Assembly: GCA_002633005.1 (NCBI GenBank)
Contig: NMRA01000110.1
Span: 837,552-901,551 of the forward strand
DNA from: Phoronis australis
Taxonomy: Eukaryota; Animalia; Phoronida
Length of the DNA: 64,000 nucleotides
Direction: 5' to 3'
The notes beneath the pieces were generated by a model. The model was given only the letters and a program-made list of their open reading frames with translations. It made no database searches and was not told where the DNA came from. Shown piece after piece: positions 1-11,045 of this stretch. How positions within the stretch are numbered: the stretch's first letter is position 1; the number at the start of each line of letters is the position of its first letter. The position numbers and the translations under genes were made by a program.

Positions 1-388
1 AGATACGGTACTTGTGAGAAACTTCGCCGGCTCACCCACCTGGGTCCCTGGTATGATCATAGAACAACGAGGACCCGTGTCATTCTCGGTGGAGTTGCCC
101 GATAAACGGATTTGGAGGCGTCACGTAGACCACATAGTACGACGCACACCGGAAGACAACCCATCTTCAACCACGTTTGGCCCACCGCCAAGTAACTTAC
201 CGCCGCCACAAGCCTTCGTACCGCCAACTCGGTTGACGGAACAACCTTCTACGCCTGTGGTCGATCCCACTGCGGATTCGAACGCTACTACCGTACGATT
301 ACCCGTAGAAAATCCACCAACGGATTCGTCTGTAGTTGTGACACGTTTCGGAAGGAAATCAATCCAACCAGACAGGCTGAACTTTTAA
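1..388 (+). mobile_element. 3' end of Ty3/Gypsy pol (integrase C-terminal SH3-like region and Pro/Thr-rich tail)
   Basis: RNF..PTWVPGMIIEQRGPVSFSVELPDKRIWRRHVDHI and terminal TRFGRKSIQPDRLNF match typical Gypsy integrase C-termini. A PPT and LTR follow. Confidence 0.85.
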
Positions 389-583
389 TTACTACTTATT
401 ATAACTATTTTCAGTCATCAGCAGGATCACCTTACAGCAAACAGCAGTGTAATACATCGTTTTAGTTATGACTGGACACTTAGTATCGTTTTACAAACAA
501 GACTGCTGACAGTGTGTTACATGCATGTTTGTGTTTAGTTTGAAGTGTTCCTCCATGTTTATTTACGTTTGCAATAGTTAGCT

Positions 584-764
584 AAGGGTAGAGGGATGTT
601 GTGTATTGGCAATGCTACTTGTGGTTTTCCTTAGAATATAGTCACGTGGTATTTATGCCCACAAGCCACGTGCTCATCCCCTTCTTGTATTAGTTCTCCA
701 AGCGAATAGACATATTATAGTTTACTCTCATCTGTGTTGTTTTACTGGTTCTACGAACACAACA
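584..764 (+). mobile_element. Polypurine tract (584-596) and 168-bp 3' LTR (597-764) of the Gypsy element
   Basis: AAGGGTAGAGGGA is immediately followed by TGTTGTGT...ACACAACA, a perfect 8-bp inverted terminal repeat with TG...CA ends. Confidence 0.8.
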
Positions 765-2360
765 CGGTGGTGACCACTTGTTACAGACGCAGCAAATGTC
801 CTCATCCCCCGCATCCGAGTCCTCACCGCTGTCACTTACGAACTGTGAAGCATGTGATGGGTTTAATCCTGAAGGACTTGGTTTGTTATCATTTCTTGGT
901 TTTTGAACTTGAATTTTGTTTCTTTTGTTCTCTCCACGTGCCTTTGTAGTCACCTTTTACTTTATCTCCTGCTTTTGTTTTGTCTTTTGTGCCTTTTTGT
1001 CACTTACACTGTATGCCCATTTTCTATTAGCATTTTACAAGACAACCTAGTGAGCTACAGTACTTGAACGTACTTGGTCACTTGTATCTGTACACATTTG
1101 CAGCCGTTAATTAAAAATCATTTTCAACCTCACTTTCACCAGTAGTCGGCAAGGACGCTGTGGATGGAGTGACCCTTTCAGGGCGACAACGGTGTTGTCA
1201 AACACGTATATTCCCAACTTTCGGAAAACCGATTGGAGATTGTCAGGAGACAGCGCTTTCACGTAGGCATTGCTTGCCATGGAACAAAGATCAAAGCGAG
1301 TAATTCCGGTCTTAGTAGTTTTCTTCTATTTGTGGCATAAATTAATACACACCCCCTGTATCAGTCTATAACACCCAACATCAAGTGACTGCAGTATGTG
1401 TCATGTGTGGTCTGGCATAGTTAGAATTGCGATGTTATGGTCTTTCGCCTATTCTACTACATTCATATCTCTGTGTGACTTGTGGCCATCAAGTAAGAGT
1501 GGAAGGGGCTCCTGTAGTCCATCTGGGACAAACTTCGCAAAGTGACCTAGAAGCCACTTGAGAAAAACTTCAGAGTTTGAACACCCTCTATCTGTATCTG
1601 GAGTAGAATCTTGCACTTCATCCTAGTTGAATCGTTTTCCCTTAAATAGGAAGAATGGGGGATTGCCTGGCCAGCTGCACGGCCACATCCCATATTGTTG
1701 TGGCCACAGATCTTCCTGACGTGACCACTTGAAGGGTACGATTCGTTTTGCTGCAGGCGATAATGAGTTAAGTCCCTTTTCGTCCACATTAAATATTTTA
1801 TGCGATTCCTCTTCCAAACAACACTTCACCAATGCAGAATGCAGCACAAAATTTTTGTCAATATTCATTTTTACTTGCAGACTTTGCTCTTGCATATTCT
1901 AGACCCTCTCCTTGACATCTCTCACCTCTGGTCAGCGCTTCACAAACCCTCTAAACCACTTAATAGAAAGGGACTCTCCTGGTTTCTTATTCCCTGCTGG
2001 AAAGACCACTCAGTCACAATGGTGACGACCTCTTGCCTTGCATACTCATATACAAGACTCGCTATTTCCTTTGTGTGCTTTACAATTAACGCTTCCTGAT
2101 GAACATCGGAGATTGTAGACACACCCAGTGTGACGCATTCAGGCTCTATCGCTCACTCGTACTGGATCTCTCAACATTTGGTATGGAACGTTGTATTTTG
2201 CAGCTGCTGAGTTGATGGACATGCCATCCTCACGTACTTTATTGTATTCCTCAAGTAAACTGCGTTTATCGTGCTGTGGCAGCTTTCTGTGTTTTTTTAG
2301 AGGCTTCTGTAATAAACAAGTGTTTTTGTGAACGGTTTCATTCGTATTACACATGTACAT
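765..2360 (-). pseudogene. Degraded pogo/Tigger-like (HTH-psq, CENP-B HTH, DDE_1, C-terminal PHD) transposase
   Basis: Frameshifted pieces: GMSINSAAAKYNVPY (psq HTH), IFNVDEKGL, GCGRAAGQAIP/PFFLFKGKR, LLLDGHKSH (~1480-1505), and acidic linker plus EDICCVCNKWSPP (PHD start) cut by the LTR. Confidence 0.8.
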
Positions 2361-2963
2361 GTATGTTCCAGTTTAATTACATTTTCTGTTGTGTCCCAGT
2401 CATGTTTCTGCATCAACGGGTAAAAATTTATTCCGAATTTGTAGAAAAGTGGCCATTTTTATGTTTCGGTTAACTCAAATGTGTACAGTGACGTCTTTAG
2501 TGAGTCAGCGTACATTAAACATCGTTAATGACCGATCAAGAAGTATCTCTCTGTGTTTTTGTGTCTGACCTCGTGACATTTTGATACATTGCTTAAGCAA
2601 CCCTTGGATTGGGTTTATATCAAATCTGAACGATTCTTGGTTTAGAACATATGTTTTGAAAGTGCGAAGAAAACTGGTAAATTATACTGTTTTACATGTT
2701 TGTATCATTTTTGAAAAGAAACTCTGAACCCACTGTTTGTTTCACATTATCAAACCTTGGTTGTCATATACCAATTATTTGCCGTGAGGCATTCGCTAAT
2801 GCGGTATATACTCTACATCCATACTAGATCACATTTTCTGAAAAAAGACCTCCTGACGACAACGGGACGTGCACGGAGTAGAAAGTGTCGTGACAAAATC
2901 CAAGTCTCTCATAATGGCGATGTTCTGATTTGCTTGATCTTACATGTACGTTTTCGCTAGTGC

Positions 2964-3268
2964 ACTTTAAAGCTTTAACTATGAGCCAGCACTCCACATC
3001 TCGAGTTTCTACTTGAGTTTGTAGCTTGAATGCAGTGGCCGCTCATTTGTGCAAACGATGGCTGGAAATTGAACTGAAACATTTCTGTTGAGGGTAGTTT
3101 TCTGCTGTTTTTTGATCGAGTATGTTATTATTTACATGGATGATTGAGAAATTTTACTTTGCACTTGTTGACCCAACTTTAAAGCTTTAACTATGAGCCA
3201 GGACTCCACAACTTGAGTTTCTACTTGAGTTTGTAGCTTGAATACAGTGGCCGCTCATCTGTGCAAAC
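2964..3268. repeat. ~93-bp direct repeat, two copies (2964-3056 and 3176-3268)
   Basis: ACTTTAAAGCTTTAACTATGAGCCAG...GCAGTGGCCGCTCAT(T/C)TGTGCAAAC is seen twice with a few substitutions. Confidence 0.9.
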
Positions 3269-3699
3269 ACTGTACTTATTGAAAAACATTCATCATAAAG
3301 TTTGTATTAAGGTGGAACAGACATTCACAAATATAGTATCGAGTAAAATGAGACCTGGGTTTTGGTCAATTTGTAACAGACATGAAGACAAGAAAAACAC
3401 GAAACAAGTTTCCAGTGTGCTGGTCATGCCAAACGTGGCCCTGAGATGATCTTGCCTCAAATTCCTAAATTGAAAAGAAAATCACTAGTCAACCACCAAT
3501 CTGACGCATGCATGTATACGAGTTTGTGTTCTTTCATTTAACGTGCTTGTTATATTGCTTGAATTGAAGGCGATGAGCTCTAGACGGACGTTGCATAAGG
3601 GCGCATGTCAGGAGGCAATGGAATCTGTGAAAAGACCCGAGACCTTGTTATACTGGTAACTCTGTACCGTCTGACGCTGACTATACTCCCCTTCTAATC

Positions 3700-3883
3700 A
3701 TGGCGAAAACTATTACAGTTGTTAGCTCGTTTCTGGTCATCTATGTGGTTGGAGTGTTTGCCTATGACTTAAAAATCGTGGAAAATGCCTTGGCAGAAGA
3801 TGGCGATGTCGACTTTAGTGCATGTGATGCAGGAAGTGAGAAATTAGAAACGGAACAAGACATGTGGGATGACAAGGAGGAAT
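3700..3883 (+). CDS. Exon 1 (signal peptide plus acidic pro-region), paralog of the WxxW-domain gene; downstream exons not found
   Basis: MAKTITVVSSFLVIYVVGVFA... followed by a GTAAGT donor at 3884. Same 184-bp length and phase as 49419-49602. Confidence 0.7.
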
Positions 3884-4952
3884 GTAAGTCCCTAAAAGAA
3901 ACAATTTTTGATAAATCACTCAAGTGTATTTTCGTATAATTTACTTTTAAATTAGCAGTCGTTTTTGCTGCAGATAACTTTGAAAATGCCTGTTCAACAA
4001 GCCATTTGGTAGATCTAAGCTATAATGATGTTTAAGAGACACTTCGTAAAGGAACGTTGATTTTAAACACGCTTCACAGTGCTTTTCGTAATTTTACTTT
4101 TAATACTATAGTCCACGTTTGGCTGGGCAGGAACGGGCTGCTATCTTTTTATTTTATTTTCAAACTTGAAGTACTAAAACAGTGGTTATATCTAACCATA
4201 GTCAGTTTTAAGACGTGCTTCATCCCCAACTGATTACCGTAAATATTGGGAAATTTTCGCGAATACCGGTGTCCTTGTTTGCGAATATAATATTTTGACA
4301 TGCACTCGGTGATTAGTTATGTCTTAGTCAAAAACATCTAACTTGATATGCATATTTTCTGTAACATAGTGTACCTTAGTTGTATACTCAAAGAATAATC
4401 CATGTGACATTGTTAATTACGACTAACGTTTGGAAATCCTCCGATAATATCAATACGCACGGTTTTTCATGTTCCGCCGTAGCCATGTTTGCAATTTTTA
4501 GCTTTTTGTTTCGTCGATTTTTAAAACCAAAAGCAAAGCAAAGCTGTTTTTTTCCAGTTGCATACCACCGTTACGTTGATACATTTTGATAATTTTGCAG
4601 TACATGTACGTAGAGGCAGAGTGGTTTACTTGAGGTTGCACCATAGTAATTACACCTTGTTTGGTGTTGCCGGCACCGGAGCCCCTGTGTTCCAGCAATA
4701 CGTACATGTAAACTAGGTCCAAACCGAAAATAATAATGCCTGACCAGCTGTAGCTCTAGATTTCCACGACGTATTTTACACCGCCGACGTACTAATATAT
4801 CCAATGAAAAGTGTGAATAGTATAGTCAATCATAGGCGTTGAAATTTGTAGCTTCCAAACGGCCCCAACTGGTTCCATCACCGGTCGTCACGAACTTCAG
4901 CGGTGCGCGAGATACAACAAAATGAACTGCAGGCAGCAGGCCAAATTGCCAG

Positions 4953-5187
4953 GAGCCCGTTCCAAGCACTGACTAAAGTTCATTATTAACTTAAATTAAT
5001 TAATTAAGATTTGTCTCAATTTCCTAACTTGAAACTTCCATATCCGGTAAGTTAAACGAACTTTACACAAAACTGAAGTCAAATCTTCGGTAATCATTCA
5101 GGTCACTTTCTTGAAACGGACTTCTGTCAAACTGAAGTTTTTAATTAAAGTTTAAGACTTGCCTTAGCTAAATCTTGGAACGGACCC
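4953..5187. mobile_element. MITE with CAG target duplication (PIF/Harbinger-like)
   Basis: CAG|GAGCCCGTTCCAAG ... CTTGGAACGGACCC|CAG: inverted termini and a 3-bp CWG TSD. Confidence 0.65.
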
Positions 5188-5863
5188 CAGATTTCTAAAA
5201 TCAAGAAATCATGTAGCCGGGTGTTCGGTTTACAGCTTATATGTACCATAAATTATGTCTCTGATGTCATTCGTGTACATGGTAATGCCCACCTTTGGTA
5301 AACAGTCTCTGCTCGCAATATCAGTTCCCTCATGTTAATGGTATACTGGTCAGTCAAAATCCAGTAGTTAAAAGAAAGACCAATTCCCTTAATAAACATA
5401 AAACTAGTTTCAAACGATTTTTAAAAACCCTAAGGAAGTGATGAACTCTTATGACCTGAAGTGAAAACTACAAGGATGTGGGCGGAAGGTATTGAAGCAC
5501 CGTGTTTATGGGTCTGAATATTTGCAGGTCCAAAATCGATAAGTCCTGAGGTACTCACAAGTCCGAAAGTCCATCAGCTTGAAAGCTAAAATACAAATGT
5601 TCATGACACAAAGTGCTGAACAATGATTTCGAGCAACAAATCGGTTATTTACATAAACATGACTGAAACCGCTTCTTGGAAGCGCTGGTGTCTCTCGAAA
5701 GGATTTAAACAATATTGGCAATGTATACAAGGTCCTTACATTAATTTACTTTTTCAAATTTTGGTTTTCCATCTCCACATGTACATCTTGCTGCTCCGCT
5801 GTTGATGAGTTTAATCACGTTTCTGATCCCATAGACCTTTGGTCTAGTTTGGAATTAAGCAGT

Positions 5864-6107
5864 CTAACAGTTCGATGCAACCTTAGTTTTTTTGTTTTCA
5901 CTGTTTGTATAGTATGCCGGCATGTCGGTCAACCAGAATTTCATGACACTTTCCGAACGCAGGCGATTTTTTATAGCGGGCGTAGCTATGCCTGCTGCAT
6001 CATCTTTGGACCACTCCAAGTAACGGCCCGTGTAGCTTCCCATGTCTTTGAACGTTGGCCATGTTGTAGTGCTCGTCGGTCTACATGGATCCAAGGGGTT
6101 CGGGTCT
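5864..6107 (-). CDS. Carboxylesterase type B, terminal exon
   Basis: Acceptor TTTTCAG (plus-strand ctg 6108-6110). Joins NFGKTG in phase 2 to give TG-DPN...WPTF...YLEW...KFW, the canonical COesterase C-terminus. Confidence 0.85.
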
Positions 6108-7228
6108 CTGAAAACGGTAACATAACATGACTTAAGACGATTGAACGGTTGAAGTCGTTATCTGCTACATGTATAACAAATCAAAAACTTACAATCTGTG
6201 AATGGGTAACAATCCCCGCAATAAGGTTAGCACATTGAGTAAGACTAAAGTGGTACAGTGTATATGAATCCTCTTGCCCATCTTAACACTCTTTACATTT
6301 TACACAGTGTGTCCGCTGTCTCGTAGATGGTTCTTGCATCTCCAAAATTGAGCCAATTAACACTCTTTTGAGTCTTAACAAGGTAAAGTCACCCATTTGA
6401 TGGTTGAGCAAAACATGCGAATTCTTTATATTGAGCGTGACAAACAACGTTTCCAAACATTGAAGTCAATCGTGATTAATTCCAGTCCGTTTTAATCAAT
6501 CAGTAGGACACGCTTTCAAGAACTCCAATCTTTTTAGATTCAGTAATTACTGGTCGTATGTTCTGTAGACGTCTTATCGGGGGTTATCGAATCATTTGTC
6601 TATTTTGTTTTCGTCGTTACCACCTCCTCTATGAACCCCTTAACGACATCTCATAGTGGAGCTGGATATCGTCACTTACCGTTCACGCCGATGTTCGTTG
6701 TCTACCGGAGCCGTTACGAACGCTTCAGCTAAATTTGCTTTTCTTATTACAAGCTCTTTATTCCGAATTTAATTGGAAAGGTAGTTAAATCCGATCGACA
6801 CCTCAAATTTGCTTGGCTACCAGCTACATGTATTTCACCATTGTTTATGGTGGAGATAGTAGGGTGACCATTCGCTTGACTGTGTACATGTACCGCCAGA
6901 TGACGAATATTTGTGAAAGGCATAAGCAGCGCCAGGTTGTAGTCCTTCAGAGGTCTTTAAAGAAATTATAGGGTAAAAATATCTTCCGTTTGTCACATTT
7001 TTGACTTACAAACACCTTTTGCTGTCCCTAGGTTCCACAACTGTTCGTCGACAAAACATCAGTCATTAATGAAACACCAGGGATTGTGAATCTTGACAGC
7101 TAAAACTGATTCCGGTTTGCGGAATTGAGAGGGGCTTAACGCTAGTTTAGTTGAAACGAAGCCAGGTTGTAACTCAAAAGTTTTCAATAATAAGTCTAAA
7201 TATATAGTTCATATTGAAAGAAAATTAC

Positions 7229-8792
7229 CCTGTCTTTCCAAAATTGGTCCATGCATTCTGTACGAGATAAGTAAGATCAACTTTAGCATTATTCTTGATC
7301 TGGAACACGGACGTTCCGGGCTTGAGAAACCGACCAAACACGATGCTCAAATCTGTTCCGTGTTCTCCTATAATGAAACTCTTACGGCCTGGAGTCGAAG
7401 AGTAGTTCACGACGTAGAAATAAGAATTCTGTTTTCTCTCACTGTGAAGGGAAAATGTGTCGTAAATATCAATGATCATCCGATCGGTTTGAATGTCCAG
7501 CAGCATCTTTTCAAATCGTTGGGGGTCCGAATCGGGATAAACATCTAGATTCTTATAGAAATTCAGAATGGCGGTAGCAGCTGCTGAGGGATCATCCTGA
7601 TAGAAGGCATTAGTAATTTTAGTAACTTCATACAACACCAGGGACTCTGTCACTGGTACACTGTAATATGAGAATGGCATAGCAAATATACCATCATGAT
7701 AAGTCACCCCCACCACGAAGTCTACCAGATTTTGAGAACCGTCTTTGTAAATCTTTTTGGGGTGTTCAGGAAGAACGTCGTCACCGTAGCATGGCATGAA
7801 AGAAAGGTTAAATCTATTCTCCCAGAGTGTATGTAGGTTGTGAGGCTGGGTCTCAATAACCTTCTTTGGGGTCAACGCTTGCATGCACTGAAGAGTCTTG
7901 ATGGGGTTATTGCGACTACAGTTCAGTTTTAAAGCTGCCACAAAGGAATCGTGCTCTACCGAGGAGCACTTTCGAATACCTAAACTGTTTATTCCTCCGC
8001 TCATTGCCATTGCTCTATGAAACAAACCGTTAGACAAAGGACTGGCAACCAACAACATCACTGCAATTGAACCACCGGACTGACCAAAAATTGTAACTTT
8101 GCCCTTGTCTCCACCAAATTTTTGGATATTCAGCTGAACCCATTTGCACGCTGTCAGAATGTCCCGTAAGCCGTTGTTAGAGACTGACTTAGAATATTTA
8201 ACATTCAAAAAACCCAAAATGCCAAGTCGATATTGTATGGTAACCACGATAACATCGCCGTTGAGTGCTATTTGTGAAGCATTATACATAAACGCTGCCT
8301 CGCTTTGTAGACCACCAGGATGTGCCCAAATCATAACCGGTTTCTTCTTCTTCAGGCAAGTCATGTCTCCAGGTACGTACACGTTAAGCGTAAGACAATC
8401 TTCTATCATATTGCTATAAACAAGATCAGGAAGAAGCCCAGTCAGGTCGATTTGGTAACATGCTTTGGAGTGCTGACTAGCATTTTGAGGAGTTGCTTCC
8501 TTTTCAGCTAAGTTGGAAGCTTCAAATCTTTCAGCGGAGCCATAGCGTATTCCATAGAAGGACGTTGTTCTCCTAGTGCTTGACAGCGGGTACGTAGTGA
8601 TGTCTTCGTATTGACCAATGTAAGTCCCCGAAGTTGTTTTAATTCTCAAAGTTGATTGGCCTGAAAGTATACAGCGTGGTTGACTGCATTGATTTGGTTC
8701 TGTAAATTGAAGATTACATTTTCCTGAGTCACATTTTAACTCGTGCACTAATTATTGAAGATAAAGTAAATGCGGGAATCTTGAAGCAGTCC
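7229..8792 (-). CDS. Carboxylesterase type B / lipase (COesterase family), main exon
   Basis: FYGIRYG, EDCLTLNVYVP, PVMIWAHPGG, QYRLGILGF, FGGDKGKVTIFGQSGG (nucleophile Ser), LFHRAMAMSG, GVTYHDG (acid), EHGTDL (His), WTNFGKTG followed by a GT donor. The 5' acceptor near 8793 is approximate. Confidence 0.92.
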
Positions 8793-9484
8793 CTGTATGA
8801 AAAGTGGACATGTGGTAGGAGTAGACTGACATTTAGTTTACTCCTATATGTTTGACTGACTCCTACAGGTGTCTCGGTTCATTAGGAGATCAGTTCTAGT
8901 GATGTCGTGACAGTAATTTGTTTGAAAAGAATACTTATGTAACCAATTCCAGCATTGCAGTGACGGATATAAAACCACAGTTTGGAACCATCTGTGTAGT
9001 GTAAGAAACTTCTATAATGCGCTTGGAAAGTAAGTACATGTACTCAGGCTAGAGTTACATGTATGAGTGCAGTTGAAGCATCTTCCGAATTTGCAGTTTG
9101 CAAGTCAATAGTTAGCCAGCTATGGAGAAAGCATATTTTTAATCAGTCAACTTTCATCACAAGCTAAGTTGTAGTAGAACGGGCATTAGGAACAGACTTT
9201 GTGGTCACAATTTACCTCAAAGTTGTCTTCGGTCTATTATCGGAAGAAAATCTTTTGGCCTTTGATGTTACGGTGCCCTGCTAGGTTGCAGTGTCCAATT
9301 ATAATCTGAATCAACTGCCTGATGACGTAGTCTAACTAAAACATTCTACTATTTTTAAATCCAAAGCATTTCAGGCAAGATTGGAACATAAAAAGCTAAA
9401 AAGCGGCGAAAGACCCCTTCAATAAGCACAGTTGCATGGCACAGTACGATACTACATAATATTCGACGACAATGTACAACTTAC

Positions 9485-9551
9485 CGCGTGTAATAGTGGC
9501 GAAACAAACCGAGAGAAACAACGATACATATATGTCCAAAGATACAGCCAT
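9485..9551 (-). CDS. Probable first coding exon (signal peptide) of the carboxylesterase
   Basis: MAVSLDIYVSLFLSVCFATITR followed by a GTAAGT donor. A linking exon near 8935-9023 is likely, but its phase was not resolved. Confidence 0.6.
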
Positions 9552-10620
9552 GCTGTCGATTAAGGATGGACTCTGAAAATAAAAGTTGCTCTGTGACATT
9601 TTATTCACACCTCGAACTTTCAAATTTGATCTTGGTTTGATTTTAATTCGGATAAGTCGAAGCACAGTATTTGGAATTAACTACATGTATATATTTTAAC
9701 TCAGTAATTGAACCACACTTATTTTATGAATGTAAAAAGTCTGTAAGACCTGACTTTTGACTCTGTCTATTTGTTATTAATTAAGTCACGCGACAATGTC
9801 TTTTTTGACATTTACCAGAAAAGAGGTAAATTGATATCAAAACAAAGGCCTCGATATTACGATTAAATTTTATTTGATATACATGTTCAAGGTGAGACAT
9901 CGAACGTTTGTTGAAGTTATCCAAATTATATGAATTCCTTTGGATAGCCCCGGATGCAAAGTTGCATATTTTAAAACAGCAGGAGCCTAAGGCATAGTAT
10001 CTGAAAATATCATATGGATTCGACCAGCCGCTTCTCAGATATGATGTATGGTTTTCCGAAGTCCAACAAATTTGACCATCTTTATACATGTAGATGTACA
10101 TGTACAGAACCATCTTTGAAATCATTGCAATAAGTCATACTTTACTTATTGCGTGTCGTATCCATACATGTACATGTATGTCAAATGTATTCAACTGGTT
10201 GCGTAACTTTATTCTAGCAGTTTCAGTTTCACATAAGCTCTGCGCACGATAATTAAGTTGCTAGAATTTACCCTAAGTCGAGACTTTCTTATAAAGCCTT
10301 TGGAGGGGCAGATGTGGTCGTTGATGAGACTATGGTTGGAGTTATTTACTGCCTAATAATGTCTAGTCTAAGAGCCAAGTTCACGGCTTGTGTGCTTGTC
10401 GCGGGAAGACATGTGGAAGGTAATTAAGCAAAACGAAAGGGTCAACATGAGTTTTGGACCGATTTTGTCGTTTGGAATCCTTGAAAAGTGTACATGTAAA
10501 ATATAATAATAGGACGTTGCAGTAATCTTGAGCATCAAATAAAAATGACTTGGTTATACATGTAGTTTTCTTTTTCTATTGGCATAGTTCGTTCACCACT
10601 CTTAGTAGTAGTTAATAAGT

Positions 10621-10710
10621 CGTCGTAGCAGCAGCAGCAACATCAGCAGCAGCAGCACCACCACCACCACCACCAGCACCACCACCACCACCACCACCAG
10701 CAGTAGTAAT
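10621..10710. repeat. (CAG)n/(CAC)n trinucleotide microsatellite
   Basis: Direct reading of gcagcagca...ccaccaccacc. Confidence 0.95.
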
Positions 10711-10724
10711 ATTACAATAACAGA

Positions 10725-11045
10725 GCCTTGGTTATAATTTTATTGAGGATGAATATCAATGTATTTGTTCATGTCCGTTTTATGATGATCTGGGAATTAA
10801 AATGTTACCTAAAATATATTGGACGGATCCGAATAATCGTGGATTTCAAAGACTAATGAAATCTTCTGACCCCAGTGTGCTTAAAAACTTAATAAAATGT
10901 GTATATCATGCTTATGTTTTAAGACAAAAACTACTTGACAATTGAAACCACTACACATGCGTATGTGTATATACTGTATTTTATTGTTGTGTTTGATATT
11001 AAGTACTGTGGGCCGATGACCTCGAGTATGAATGAATGTTCGTAC
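10725..11045 (+). mobile_element. 3' fragment of RTE-X-like LINE
   Basis: Degraded IEDEY...CPFYDDL...LPK...FQRLM...CVYHAY.LR and a GGGCCG...(GAAT)n tail, similar to 48085-48640. Confidence 0.6.

Larger units (their letters stand above)
3395..5220 (+). repeat. Diverged segmental duplicate of ~49185-52690 (promoter, exon 1 and intron 1 of the WxxW gene)
   Basis: Colinear shared blocks (CTAGACGGACGTTGCATAAG, exon 1, TACCGT.AATATTGGG, TAGTC..TC.TAGGCGTTGAA, shared MITE). The second copy carries an extra ~1.6 kb. Confidence 0.9.
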
